Shown: positions 25,559 through 38,874 of the stretch, one piece after another
Position numbering within the stretch: position 1 is the first letter of the stretch
How the letters are laid out: every line of letters starts with the position of its first letter
DNA from: Psammoneis japonica
Taxonomy: Eukaryota
Reading direction: 5' to 3'
DNA length: 64,000 nt
NCBI GenBank assembly: GCA_008632985.1
Contig: QPGO01000065.1
Coordinates: 186,001-250,000, forward strand
The notes under the pieces: generated by a model
Seen by the model: only the letters and a program-made list of their open reading frames with translations
What the model was told of the DNA's origin: nothing
Database searches by the model: none
Translations under genes and position numbers: made by a program

Positions 25559-26630
25559 CCTCCCTCTCCCTCTCATCTGTGGAGTTGTCTTCAACAAACA
25601 ACCCAGCCAACATTGTCTTGAGCATCTTGCACCCAGGCTTGCTTGGAGAACAATCTCCAAAGCCTGCTTTGAGTCCAGCTTCTCTTTTTGAGCTGGTGGC
25701 TGCACCAAGCCTTGAATTTTGCTGGCCAAAAAGATGTGCTGCTGCTGGGTTGATTGGTTTGGTGTGTGCAAGCCCTGGCTGCGCCCGTTGTTCAAAGCTG
25801 GCTGCAAGAGCACTCTGTGAGCAGCAGCATGCCCACACAAAAAGGTGCGGGCAACAAAGCTTCAGAGATTGCAACAGCATCTCAAGCACTGCCAGCTGCA
25901 ATTTTTGTGCTGTCACCCACCTCTCCTTGCTTGTGTCCTCTCCACATTGTGTGAGCTGATGCTGCTGCCTGGCAGTTTGCTGGGGCTGTGCTCACCACTG
26001 AAGCCTCTTCTGACTTTGTTGTTGACACATGAAAGTGCACAACAAGGGCAGCAACATTTCAAGAGCTTGTTGTGGCAAATTGCTGGTGGGTTCAGAGAGA
26101 ATGTCACACCACGACTTGCTGCCACAAAGCCATTGTTGCTCAAGAATGTGCGCCATCATTGCCCCTGCTGGGTTGAAAAATGAGCAAGTTTTCAGCCACG
26201 TGGGGGTGCTGCCAGTTTGAGAACAAAAACACATGGCACTGCTCTTGTTTTCCTGTGGGCAGCAGCCTCTGGCAAAAGTTGCTTGGGCCGGCACCACGCC
26301 GACATTTTTGACACCAGGGATGCTCACCTCTCTCAAGGGATGTGGGTGGCCAGACCAAGCTCTTGCTTCAAACTGATCTGATGTGCCTGAACCCACAGCA
26401 TGCAGCCCAATGCAGTGTTTGCACAAGTGCAAACACAGCACAAGCAAGTTTTGCAAAGCTTGTTTTTCTCTTCTTGGAGGTCTGAGCTTCTTTTTCAAGC
26501 AAGTCCGCCGCGCGCGGGACCGACGGTCGCCGCCTGGCTGTCGCCTTCAGTGCAGAGTGCGGCCTCATCGCTGTGGCTGTGCGCTGTGCTGTGTGCTGTC
26601 GGCTGTCGCGGTGTCCGCCATGACGCTCTT
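24300..26630. other. TpA/CpG-depleted hypermutated block 2
   Basis: Only a handful of TA, mostly TTA/TAA; CpG nearly absent until about 26290. Confidence 0.9.
25519..25574 (+). repeat. (CT)n microsatellite
   Basis: Directly visible ctctctct run. Confidence 0.95.
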
Positions 26631-26850
26631 CCTTATCATCTTCAATGTACTAAGCGGCATCTGCTGTTCACTGATCTACTGTTAAAGGGGGGTACAGAGC
26701 TAAGCTGTTGTTGCGCTGCTAGTAATTCGCTTCTTGCCAATGAGACTCTCCTTTGTGCCAACATTGACTGCAGCAACTGGTTCCACAAGGCTGATATCGA
26801 GTACTACGACGAGACACCGCATTGGTAGAATTATTCATGCTCACACCATC

Positions 26851-27835
26851 ATGTCAGCAATCCAGCCATCCCCATCACCCCGGTTGATTGACGTGGACTG
26901 CAACTTGTGGCATGAAGATCTCATTTCTTTTCAGTCAGAACCGCATGGCGACGAAAAATCCGCTTTTGATATTTTACAACAAGACGCTGTAAAAGAATCC
27001 AACATTGTGGCCATGCTCTCGCCGTCTTCCACTCTAGCCGAGGCCCAAGTCGGCTTGGAAACACTCTCCCGAACAAACGCCATGATTCCCATAAAGACAA
27101 CGGTCGGTGTACATCCATATCATGTGGACGAAGAGGGACTGCCTACGAATGAAAAGTTGGAAAGTATAAGGAGATTGCTACAAGAAAACAAGGAGACCGT
27201 GGCAGCTGTGGGTGAATGTGGTCTGGATACAAGCGAAGGCTTTCCACCGCTCGAGAATCAACTACCTTGGTTTCGAGCCCAAGTTGAGTTAGCATCTGAA
27301 TTGAATCTCCCGCTATTTGTTCATGAAAGGCTTGCATTTGATGAAACAATAGAGTGCTTGGCTTCTGTACAGGTTCCAGTATTAATCCATTGTTTTACTG
27401 GAACTCGAGAGGAATGTCGTGAGTACGTCAAGCGGGGGTACTTTATCAATTTCTGGATTTATTTGCAGAGAGACCAATGATAATTGCGCCGAGGTACAGG
27501 CTTGCCTGGCAGAGGGGCTGATACCGCTGGACAGACTCATGGTTGAAACAGACGCACCGTATATGGGCTTTGACGGCTGTCACGATGCGTACATGGAAAA
27601 GAATGCAGAGTATGTTGCCAGTCTCAATGGTAAGAAACGAAAACGATTAGCCAAGAGCACCTATCCAAATCTACCCAGCTCATTGCCACAAGTTGTGGAC
27701 AAAATTATGGAATGCTTAAACAAGAATAGACTGGATTGTGGAGAGGAGCTGTTGAACCGAAACCAGGTGTCGGAACAAATGACTCGAAACGCGATCGCTT
27801 TCTTTGGTTTTGAGGAATGTAACTCACTAGAGTAA
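26851..27835 (+). CDS. tatD: TatD-family deoxyribonuclease; one frameshift near 27445
   Basis: LIDVDCNL, TVGVHPY, AVGECGLD, LPLFVHER, LIHCFTG, ISG, DRLMVETDAPY motifs. Confidence 0.9.
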
Positions 27836-27949
27836 GCACTTGCCACTCAAATCTAGAGTAGCCGTACCAGGAAGGAATCATCAAAGCTAACCTACACGGG
27901 CGACGATGGTCGCACCGGCGGCAGTTTATGCAGTTTGATGGTTGTCGTA

Positions 27950-30900
27950 AAGCTTGCACAGCAATTGGCAATGATTTTAGGTGCCAAGTTCCAAAGAATG
28001 TTCCACATGCAAAACCATGGTGCCAATTCTGTGAAGGTGCACAAAAATGACAGTGATTGACTAATTTAGCAACGGTCATGATTCAAGCAAAATCTTGTCA
28101 AAAACAACTTGTCGTCTGGCATGATGTTGTTGTTCACCAAGTGCCAAGGGTGCGTGGCTCACCCTTCCCACAGCCCCAATTGTTTGCTCTCGTTTGGTGT
28201 TCTACAACTCATTTTGCTGGAGCACAAAGTGTTGTCTCTCATTGCTTCAATGCTTTTGCATTGTTGAAATGTGCAGTGCAGGTGTTGCCAGTTGAGTCTG
28301 GAGGTCGGGGCAAATCAAGCACATGTCTCTTGCCTGGAGTCCATGTCACTCCTGTGTCTTTGACTGTGGGAAGTTGCCTGTTTGCTTGACCCATCAGGCT
28401 GCAGCTGTTGAAAAGCAGACAGCATTGTTTGTCTGTGAAGCAGCAAAAGCTTGTCAAGCAGATCCTGCTGTTGGTGGAATGCAGGGTTTGGGGTTTCTTC
28501 TGTTGCACAAGTGATGTGGTGCAGCAAGTCATCACTTGCAGGGAGCACTGATCAAGCATGCGACTGACTTGCAATTTTCTTGTTGTGTCTCTGCAGCCCC
28601 CACCCTTGCATTTTTTAGTGACATTTTTCACTTTGAAGATGCACAAAAGCTTGAGGGCCATCTTTTGATGGTGCTCTTGAGGCAACATTGCACCATCTGA
28701 GCAACCGTCATTTCAACTGCATTTTTTGACTTGTTGAAACTTTTCCCAACAGACGCAGAAAGTCTGAAAGTGCAGTGCAGCAATCTTTGCTTGCGTGCAA
28801 CTCATTTTGTGCAAATGTCAATGGAGGACTGTGATGGCAGCTGCAGTGCTTGCCATGTGATGCCATTGCTGTTTTGATGCAGCTGGCTGTGGTTTTGCAC
28901 AAGATGAGGCATTTGCTGTGATGCACACCAGTGCTTGACATTTGTTGACATGTGCTGGACTGGACAGAGGTGCTGATTGCCTGCACACTCTTTTGTGAAT
29001 TTTTTGTGTTTGCTTGTTGTTGGTTGGGGAGTGCCATGCAACAAGTGTTCCACTGAAATGGTGGAGCAACAGAAGAATGTCAATGACAAAGCCATTGGTG
29101 GTTTGTGCTTCCAAAAGGTGAGTTTTACATGCCTGAGAAACCTTTCTGTGAAGAACAAGAGATTCAGCACTGACGTGCAAGTCAAAGTGCTGGCTCTGAA
29201 GCATGTCTGCTTTTGCCTCTGGCTTTCATGTGTTCTGGGGAGTCAATGGGTTTCACTCCAGCAAGCTGCTTCTCTTCTTGATTTGCCTGGCCCCGCCTTT
29301 TTCCTCAGCCCATCTGGGGGTGAAAACAAAGCCAGTCACTTTTCTTGGAGCCTTTCCAGGCCTCAACACCATGACTGAAGCCCCAACAAAGTCTTGCAAA
29401 TGAGCACCAGCCCTTGCCAATGGGTCTTTGTTTCAGGTCACAAATGACAAAAAATGAAAACTGTGCTTGTGGCAGCAGCATTCGAACAAGCACCAGTCTT
29501 CTCCTGCAAGCAGAGCTTTTGATCAAAGTGGTGCTGCTGAACAAGGTGGGCCATGGGCATGACGGCCAATTCCTGAGTTCAGTGCAATGGGACATCATGG
29601 GCCAAGTCCTTTGTGCAGGTGAGAAAAATGAGGGGAAACAAGTTGCAGCAAAAAGACCACCATTGCTTGATCACACTGGGGTGCCACACTTAAACCACCA
29701 CAAAACTGCTGATCATCTTTTGCAAGCTGAGAATGGACACCCTGAGGCAGAGCCAATTGGACCTGCTCCAGCCGCTGTCAGAAACATCGTTGATTCCCAA
29801 AATGACAGTGCTGTGAAAATGGTGGTTGGCCAATCCCATGGATTTTGGCAGCTTGTTCACATCATGAGGGCACCTCTGGGTGTTGAGAACCCTTCAAAAC
29901 AGAACGCAAAACTTTTGCAAGTTCTGCTGGCAAGATGGTGGCATCAAAGCCAGAGGTCATCACAAATGGCACAACCTTGGAGAGAAACACCACCACCACA
30001 GCCATGCTGCAATTTGGGAGAGGCAGACTGCAACACCACAGCCTCAGTTGCCCCCACAAGGGGCAGAATGATCTTTGAGAGTGGTTTTGTGGCACTTTTT
30101 GGAGAACAGGCAAAAGTGGCTGTGAAAGGAACATGCACACAGCTGTCTCCAGACTGTGATGTCAAGGACTGCCTTTGCTTCTCAGGCTTGCTTCTTTGCA
30201 AGCTGGTCAGGGCTTTTGCTTTTTCTTTCTCAGGCACGACATTGTTGTCAATTTTGGAAGCTTTTTCATCCACATGTTCTTGTCTCCTGCATTGGCAGTT
30301 TCAGGAACATCAACAGTTTCCTCATTGGCAGCAATGCCAACATCCGCGTTGGCCACAAAAACCAAGATTGCTTTGAAGGCACACACAAAGGTCACATCTT
30401 CTTTTGAATTCACAGCTGCATTTGACTCAACCATGCATTGTGCAAACCTGCTTGGCATTCTTGCTGATGCGTTGAGGGTTTGTCATCATCCTTGTCCTTG
30501 TGCATTGCCACAGAGCCCTGCCCATCTTCAGCAAGGCAAGCTGCAGCCAGCACTGCAACCATGCAGGAACAGACATTGAGGTGANCCAGGTGCATTGCTT
30601 TCAAGGTCACATCTTCTTTTGAAGTCACAGCTGCATTTGACTCAACCCCATGCATTGTACAAACCTGCTTGGCATTCTTGCTGCTGTGTTGAGGGTTTGT
30701 CGTCATCCTTGTCCTTGTGCATTGCCACAGAGCCCTGCCCATCTTCAGCAAGGAAAGCTGCAGCCAGCACTGCAACCATGCATGAACAGACATTGAGGTG
30801 ATCAACAGCTTCTGCAAGCAACCCTTGTTTCACCAAGGTGCCCAATGTGGATGCAACTGTGGCACAAATGTCATCAACTGCTTTGCTTGAGACCTCGTTT

Positions 30901-32845
30901 GAATTTTTGACTTTCAACAAGTCAAAGGAAGTCAAAGAGAGCCAACATGTCAGTCTTGTTCTCAGTGAAGAGGGTCAGGGATGTCACACCCACATGCTTG
31001 CAAAATGGCAACTTGATCAACTCACTCAGATAAAGGGCCCAACAAGGCTTGGTCTTTGCAAAGAGAAAGGCATTGCTGAGGGACACAGAATTTGCTCAGC
31101 CAACACAACGTGTGCAAATCGTCCTCATGTGCTGCAACCAGCACCAGGAAATCTTTCTTTCAACAGTGCACTGCTTTCATTTTTCAAAAGACAATTGCTT
31201 CTTCTCTGGCAACAAAGAGAAAAAAGGCCAGATTCATTGACACTGGGAAGAACAAGGAGATGAGTGCGCAGTCAGGACCGTGGGGCAGCCTTTTCACATA
31301 TCCAGCACACTCCACCTGCCTCACACCAGTTTTTTCTCACAAAAGCATGTTGTTTCAGAACAGATTGCTCAAAGGCAACTCAGTCACACAGCAAAGTGCT
31401 GCACACACAAAGAAAAATTAAAGTCACAGCATCACACATGTCTTTGCATCCTGTGCACTTGTCTTCTACACAGACAAGCTGTGCTGGCACACTGGGATCC
31501 ACAGGAAGAGGAGGCACATTGGCCACAACAACCCAAGTGGATTCTCTCACCCGCTGAAGGCTCTTCCATTCTTCAGCAGCAATGTGCAGACCACAGAGTC
31601 AGACCACAGCAAGCAACCCAGAGAATTTGAGCCAATCACCATCTGCAAATGAAAGAAAGATGGGGCTGGCAAGAAACAATGCTTTTCATGGTGGAGTCCC
31701 CCACAGCACCACCACAAAGAGTGGCAGCACCAAGAACTCTTGTTCACAAGATTTGCACAGTCAATTTTGCTTGCTGCTGTCTTGCCTTTCTTTCCTCCTT
31801 TTGTGCAGCTGCAGGTCAGGTTGCTGCACTTGGTGACCAAGCAGACATTGTTCTGCACATGTGCTTTCTTTTCTGCCAGATTCAAAGTGGGTCAGTGGGC
31901 TTCCTGCTTTGTGAACAAGGGTTGTCATTGACAGCAATGAACAGCACCGCTGGCTGCAGGTGGGCTGCCCACAGGTCCAAAGTGACAGGTGCTCTTGCAT
32001 TGTTGGCTTGATGATCAACTTGCACCAGCAAACAGCCAGCATTGCACATGTGTCTTTGCTCTTGTGACAGAGCATTGTGCGCGGCATTGTCGGAGAGTGA
32101 ACACAAACCATCTGAAATTGCACTCTTTGGGAATCAGCCAATGTCACAACTTTCAATGCATTTGATCCTCTGGTTTGAGGAGTGAGTGGGATTGCTTCAT
32201 CAGTGCCCATGTTGGAGTTGCTTTTGCAGCTGCCAATTGGCTCACAAGGGCTTGTGATCCGCGCCAAGCTTTTGCACAAATGTGCCCATGAAATCTTCCG
32301 ACAAGTTCAGTGCAGTTGTCAGTCCAATTGTCAGCCACCCCCTGGTTTGAGTGTGTCAACTTTTAAGAGACATTGCGTGCTTTTTCAAAAGAACAGCGGG
32401 ACTCCATGATGTCTTCTGCCCTGGAACGCGCCCTTGAAAGCATCTGAGCCGGAGCAAAACTGGGAATGCTCAACTTGCTCAATCAGTTGTGCCAGCACAT
32501 CCATCCAGTTTGAAGTGGCCTGGTCAGGTTCTGTGCTTGAATTGCCACTGCTGTCATCCATTGCCAGCAAAGGCAAAAGATCTCCATTGATTTGATCTTG
32601 GACCAAAGTCATTTTGACAAATTGTCAGGCAGAAGGAGTGCTGTGCAAACATGGCACCCCAGTTGCCTGGCATGGAAGAAGGAACTTCCCGTGTGGAAAA
32701 GCAACCCTTGCTTCACAATGAGTGTGCACACCTCAAGAATCCGTTGTGCTTCCTGCTCCTCTTCTGTGATGGCATCCCGACCATCACTTCCAACGGCACC
32801 TGCAGAACAGATCGCTTGCGAGAAAAAAGCCAATTTGCGTTTCGC
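27950..32845. other. TpA/CpG-depleted hypermutated block 3
   Basis: TA and CG both very rare over 4.9 kb; abrupt return to normal composition at about 32845. Confidence 0.9.
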
Positions 32846-33224
32846 TAGTACAAAACTTTCGTAGATTTCTACGTCGCTCGCTGGATGGTCCGTCATCAGC
32901 ATCACATTCATCCACCGCGTCAACATTGTCATCTGCCGTAGCAATGCTTCGTGTCTTGAGTTCCATCTGTTTGACAATCGTACTGTGTTTGAACCACATC
33001 TGCGTTTCATCTGGTGTAAAGCTATTGATATAGCTGTTGTTAGCGGAAAAGCAAGAACTACACGAGCATAAGAACGTCACTGCAACTTTCACAACGAAGT
33101 TACAAGCAAAAAGGACATCGTCGACAACACCCTCCTTATGTGGATCCTTTTTATCCTCCAAACGTTCACTCATCGCCTTTACATGGACTAGTACTACGGT
33201 ATTGTCATTGGTATCATTCATCAT
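32385..33224 (-). pseudogene. Hypothetical gene whose 5' part has normal composition and whose 3' part runs into block 3
   Basis: Minus-strand ORFs 32784..33224, 32609..33010 and 32385..32612 overlap successively and cross the boundary. Confidence 0.4.
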
Positions 33225-33379
33225 GGATCATGGCACTGATGATGACGTTGTAAATCAATCCACGCTGTCGCTATTTTGGAGAGGAAAATACTGTAGCAGG
33301 TAGCAGCAGCGTGAGCCAGAGCGTCAAGCACGTGCTCAAGATAGTGACGACGGCGAAGAAGAAGGAGAGTAGACCTTGC

Positions 33380-34680
33380 TTTCTTTAAACATTCAAGTCC
33401 GTCCGTTTCATCTCAAGGAGTTGTCGCATCTGAGAAGACTGTACCCACCCCATCAACTGGACTCGCTTCTAAGTATTCAAGAAAGTAAGAAGCTCGCCGA
33501 TCATCCATTATTTCAAGGTGGCGCACTTTGGATGCAGCGTTTGTGGCAATGTTGAGCGCTTTGCCGTATCTGTAGCTGCCGTAACCCCTTTGCTCTTGTA
33601 CGCAATCGGTGCGTCTTTCTGATAAGCAAGCTCTTCGTATTCAAGAGACACCCGATCAAGTGCCAGCTGGACAAACACCGGCTTCGATTCTCTCCTTTCT
33701 CTTTGACGATTTGGTCAATCAGGTTCAGCCGGGCGGCTGTATTGTAATCACAGGGGTGCTACAAGCCCAACCACGACGAGTAAACCCCAAGATTAGCAAG
33801 GTCGATTCTGTATACAATACAATATCGAGGTGATTCATTTCAGGCGTGTAAATGCCAACGACGAGACGCACAGTGGTGGCCTACCGTAGCGTGCGTCTCG
33901 CCTCACTCCAGAACGTGTTTAAGAGTTCATGAAGTTGTCGCAAGAGCCGGACATTTTGATTAACAACCTCTTGACCCAAAGCGTGGTATTCTTTGCATAC
34001 TCTTTGGTGGTAACCACGTACGAGTAAAGTAAAAGCAGGGCCAAGTCATTGGCAGCGACGATGATAACCAGAAGACGTCCACGATCAATACGGCTCTCTA
34101 GTCAAGCGTGGCGACATTAGGACCTAATATGTTGTTCTGTGGTGTCGCAGTTGCTTGGATTTTTCCACAAGATTTTACCTCAAGGGATTTATCCCCTCCG
34201 CCGTGGGTTTGGCAGCTTCTGTCATGCGTGATGTCAAGACGAGGGATTTAGTCTTGGAAAGCGGCGCTCTAGTTCTTAGCGATTTTGGTGTCTGCTGTAT
34301 TGATGAGTTTGACAAAAAATGTCGGATTCGACAAGCTCGGTACGTACTTCATGAAGCCATGGAGCAACAGACCGTCAGCATTGCCAAAGCTGGTACTATA
34401 TTATTGCCACGCTCCACGCAAGGATTTCTATTTTGGCGTCGGCAAACCCTGCCTCGTCCAGGTACAATCCCAACCAGTCTTTGGTGGATAACATTCAACT
34501 GCCGCTAACGCTGCTGTCCAGGTTTGATTTGATTTACTTGTTGTCATGGATTCTCCCAACGTGGATCACGACCGGCCTTTGGCTCAGCACCTTGTTGGAT
34601 CGTACTACGAAACTCCCTATCGAGTATTCCAAGGACCATATTCATCCTTACTTGAGTGACATCCGAGGATTTGTGTTACA
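33380..34680 (+). pseudogene. MCM4: MCM helicase subunit (MCM4-like) pseudogene
   Basis: [95 protein letters not shown]; many stops and deletions, Walker A not found. Confidence 0.85.
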
Positions 34681-36211
34681 GTAGTCTCTACGAAATGTAT
34701 TTTCCGTGCAAAGTCCAGCCTCTATTTCGCTCTTACAGCAATCGGGCAATGATAACTTTTCCACCGTCATTTCCGTTGTGATACAAGACGAACAAACAAT
34801 ATTGAAAACAATGGTGACAATTCTTCTTCCTCGAGCAGTGGCTATCAACGGCAGTTATTATTGCCATTGTCAAGGGTACCGTGATTGTGTGTTGCCTCTT
34901 TGCCGTTGAATATCGTTATGCCAGAATGACAACTCGACCACGAAACTATTTCAAAAGCACGGGTCCCAACACGTCTCTTGCCGTCAATACATCCATGGGT
35001 TCGTCGTCGAATGCTGCTGCTTTCAAGAATAGGAATTTGGATAGTTCCTTTTGGACTCCACTGAAAAAGTCCAACAAGCCACAACGACGACAAGCACCAC
35101 CCAGTTCGGCTCGACCCTCCAATCTGTCCTACGTCAAGGATGGTCAAGCCAGTCCCAAGAGTCAAGTCAGCAGTTATTCGTATCGACAACGAACCAAATC
35201 CAGCGGTGACTCATCGTGGAATAATGGATCCTACACTTGTCGAACAGTAGCAAAGGAGGCCACTTGACGTATTCCTACGCGGCCACGTAAGATCCTGGTT
35301 CCGTACTGAGTGGAATCACCATCCTGGGTACTACTACCGCCGGTGGTTCCTTGTCAGCACCGTACTTTCAAGACGAAACACGACATTCCACCCGGCAAGG
35401 CACAATGAGATGTCTATGCACCACCGGGTTGGGAATTGCCATGGACACCACGCTGGATGGACCCAAGGCATGTCGCTCAAGGACGACAGTCCATTGGTGG
35501 GTGTGATTGGGTAGATGATTTGATTGTTGCCATTGACGATGTTGATACACGCAACATGACGGCCATTCGATTGGACAATTAATGGCGAACAGTGTGCGCC
35601 GAAGACGGAAATTGACATTGTGGAGTGATGTTGAGTGATGAAAATCAACAGCATAGTGCAGGAGAAGACACCGGGATGGTTTATAGAATGTGTGTGTGTG
35701 TGTGTGCTGTGGGTCGATGCACTTGCTACCATGGAAGATGTGCTGAGTCTGCGTTTCCAGCACAGGCGGTGTCGAATGGAGTGGTGCCGACCACTATGGG
35801 GACTGCAGTGATGATGAAAGACGATACCGTTACAAGCACCAGTCTGCTAACTCTACTCTGTCTCGGTAGAGATATAATAGCTACATAAAGTGGTTTTAGG
35901 ATTGGTAGTCGAAGCGGCAAACTCTACGGTAGATAAGCGAACGATAATTGTAATGTTGTACTATACTTTCTGCTCGAAGCTAACTAATAACATATACCCC
36001 CTCGATGCTAATCGAGACTCACTAACGTCTCGATTCATTGTTTCCCAACTGACATCTAATGCTTCCAAGAACTTAAAAAGCACCCATTCGAAAGGCGAGC
36101 CTGATTGTTTCAATGTCGTGACCCAACATCCTAAAGCATGTGCCAGAACCTCAACAGCATTCTCTGGTTCTTCGCGGCGTTTCAAATATGGCACAGAATC
36201 TTGAAGAACGT

Positions 36212-37135
36212 TCATCGCATGAATTGACGTATTTGAAACTCTCGTCCCCCAATATTGGCTTTCCACTCCATTGTAGAGCGACAGTCAGACAAAATTGGGT
36301 TCCAAATGAGCGACACCTTTTCAAAAAGCAGGTTCGCCCGAGTCTTTGCAATCTCCAAAACTTTCCTCCCCCAATGTCCAACACTTGATTTGATCTCAGA
36401 GAGATGGTTAGACAAGATTGGGTTCCGAAACGGCAAAAAATTATCGCGTTCCTGCAGAACGCGAGCCTGAGTCTGGATTTGCGCGACAACGTCGTTCGAG
36501 AATACGTCTACAAGTTTCCACCAAAGCTGAAACACTTCCGACTTGGATTCCAAAAAAGTACTGTACGTGTCCGTCAAGAAGGCCGACTGGATCTCCAAAA
36601 ATATCGTGAACGTATCTTGGAACGGGACTCCCTTGGTCTGAATCGTGCTATCGGGAGTAGTGTTGAGAAAAAGTTGCTGGAGGCTGCCGTTGGAGAAGCT
36701 ATTGTTGTCGGGTACAAAATAGTCATAGACACAATACTCGTTAGCATCGTCTTCTGGTACAATCGTGGGCGTGGTATTGCGTAGGAAGTCTTGGACGCGA
36801 CTCGGAGACTTGTCGCCGTCGTCAAAATATACGCAAAAGCTGGAAGTGATGATGGCGTTTTCGAAGGGAACAGTGCTGGGAGCAGCGTTGCTGATGATGA
36901 CATGGTAGTAGCTGGGGGTAGTGCCGATATCTGAGTAACTGTTGTTGTCCAAAAACTTGCGTAGGAGCTCTTGGTTGAACGTGGCGATACTGTCGGTCGC
37001 CGTGGCGGCCTTGATCGACAAGGCGCTAACGGAGCGCTTTGCCGTATCCACAAACGAGGCAGAGAGAGGACTGATGATGGCACCAGCGCTCATGGCGGCA
37101 ATGATGGCAAGGACAAAGTTCATGATTTTCATGAT
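36212..37135 (-). CDS. Lineage-specific protein with hydrophobic N-terminus and LRNTTP-like repeats; paralog of 57717-58734
   Basis: AAMSAG N-terminal motif and WW..QTQAR..PFRNP..IGGREF C-terminal motifs shared with the second copy. Confidence 0.6.
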   Translation of the reverse strand: MMKIMNFVLAIIAAMSAGAIISPLSASFVDTAKRSVSALSIKAATATDSIATFNQELLRKFLDNNSYSDIGTTPSYYHVIISNAAPSTVPFENAIITSSFCVYFDDGDKSPSRVQDFLRNTTPTIVPEDDANEYCVYDYFVPDNNSFSNGSLQQLFLNTTPDSTIQTKGVPFQDTFTIFLEIQSAFLTDTYSTFLESKSEVFQLWWKLVDVFSNDVVAQIQTQARVLQERDNFLPFRNPILSNHLSEIKSSVGHWGRKVLEIAKTRANLLFEKVSLIWNPILSDCRSTMEWKANIGGREFQIRQFMR

Positions 37136-38236
37136 GGACTGTGAACTGACGAGCAATTCAGAAATTGTGAGAGCACTCGAACGAGAAGAGATTCTGTCTG
37201 CAATGGAGGCGCCGTGGTACAAGACACGTAGAAATCTACGTGGCGTTATCGAGTTGAATCGATGTTCAAAGAAAGTTTCGCGATAGTTATTTTGGCGCAG
37301 GTGGTGCACGTACATGTATCGAGCTTAGATGAGCGTGCTAAAGTTTTTTCTGCCTCTCGTACGTCTTTCATCGATTCATCAAACACCATGGCGTCAACGA
37401 CAGCGCGATATTCAGCAAATATTACCATCACGGACCGCTACCGTAACGACCCCGATTGTTCCAAAGTACTGTAACATTATTGAGATTCTGGAAAACGATG
37501 ACGAGGAACCATCGAAAGATACCGCAGCGTCACCCAAAGATATTGCAGCGACTCAGCTCATCTCTCAGCACTCTGCAGCAAATCTGATGTGGGCGACTCT
37601 AGCTAGCTAGAGTAGAGTACTCCCGAACATAGAGATATCTTGTCCGACGAGGTTCCTTCTCATACGTTTCCTGTGTGTGAGTCAGCGCTTCTGGTTATTG
37701 TTGCTGCACCGACTACTTCAGAAGAAAATGCCGAGTGTCTGACAAAGTTGCCCATGAACAAGGTGCGCAAGGACTCTCCTGCGTTTGTCGTGTACTGTGT
37801 TTTGTTGATGCTTACATCAACTTGTAATTTATTTCTGCCAAAGCTTCTAGATTGTTTGCGACCTGGCAGTGTAATGTACATGTCCATATCGGGCGGCTTG
37901 CGTCTTAGGTTTACCGATCAGGGCACATTTTCTTTTCCTTTTTCTTTTGATTCTGCTACTCTAGTCCAAACGATGCTGTATTTATTATGAATCATAATGA
38001 TGTTGCCTTATTCACCAGTTTGTTGAAGAATAGAGATGGTAACTGAGACGTGGGCCTACAGTAGTAGATCCGAATTTATTGGCCATCGCAACAGCATGCG
38101 ATAGTCGATATGCTCGGCGGTGCAGACAAAGGAGACGTGCTCCACGAACTGGCAGATCTGTTCAAAAATCAAGACGGTGCGTAAATTCATTCGGGGGCAC
38201 TTCAATGGCATACTAGTTCATCTAAACTAATGCCTG

Positions 38237-38435
38237 CTAGCTTGTATCAACTTCAAAATGAACGATAGAGGGAGGCGGAGCAGCACCTGGTGTCTTTCAG
38301 AATCGTCGTGTTCTTTCTCCGGGGATTGATTGAATCGACTCGCTGTCGGTGTGTGTATCAATTTGCAAAATCGAAAACTCGAAGTGGAACACGAAACGAA
38401 TTGTTATTGAGATAAGTCTACACTATACTGACAAC
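38237..38435 (+). repeat. About 200-bp dispersed repeat, copy 1 (copy 2 at 47151-47358)
   Basis: ctagcttgtatcaact...gaattgttattgagataagtctacact is present in both copies. Confidence 0.9.
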
Positions 38436-38874
38436 TATTTCAAAATCTTGTTGCAACATTGGACGTTACTCTCGAACTGACAAGTCGCAAACAAAAGTGC
38501 TACTCCGCCGGTACGGTGCTTTTTGACGAAGCTTCGGTTCAGCACCTCTTGTGGTTCCTCCCGTTGCAGTAAACACCATGGTAGCTGCAAGAGATAACAG
38601 CACAATGCTCGTACGCTTCAAAGGCATTGCAGCGTTAACACAAGCGACGTGCGGGCCAGAATCGACGGAGTAGGGATCGAAGTACGAATCTTTCTTCACG
38701 TAGATTTGATGCAGATACGGCTCTGTACGCATCCTCATTTCGTATCCGTTGTACCACAGGCATCTGAGCCTGTGGTTGTACCGCCTGTTCCTCACTCCAG
38801 TGCTTGCCCACGTCCGTTTTATTCACTAGACTTATCGACGATGGGTTTGCCGCGACAATCAAGGAAAGGCTCAA

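Noticed and set aside
22857..27835. Programmed frameshifting in the plastid-protein and TatD genes
   Set aside because: Shifts are 1-2 nt, several at homopolymer runs, in otherwise conserved genes; consensus errors are the simpler explanation.
30389..30801. About 195-bp direct duplication
   Set aside because: The copies flank the only N in the window (30584); probably an unmerged contig overlap or haplotype join.
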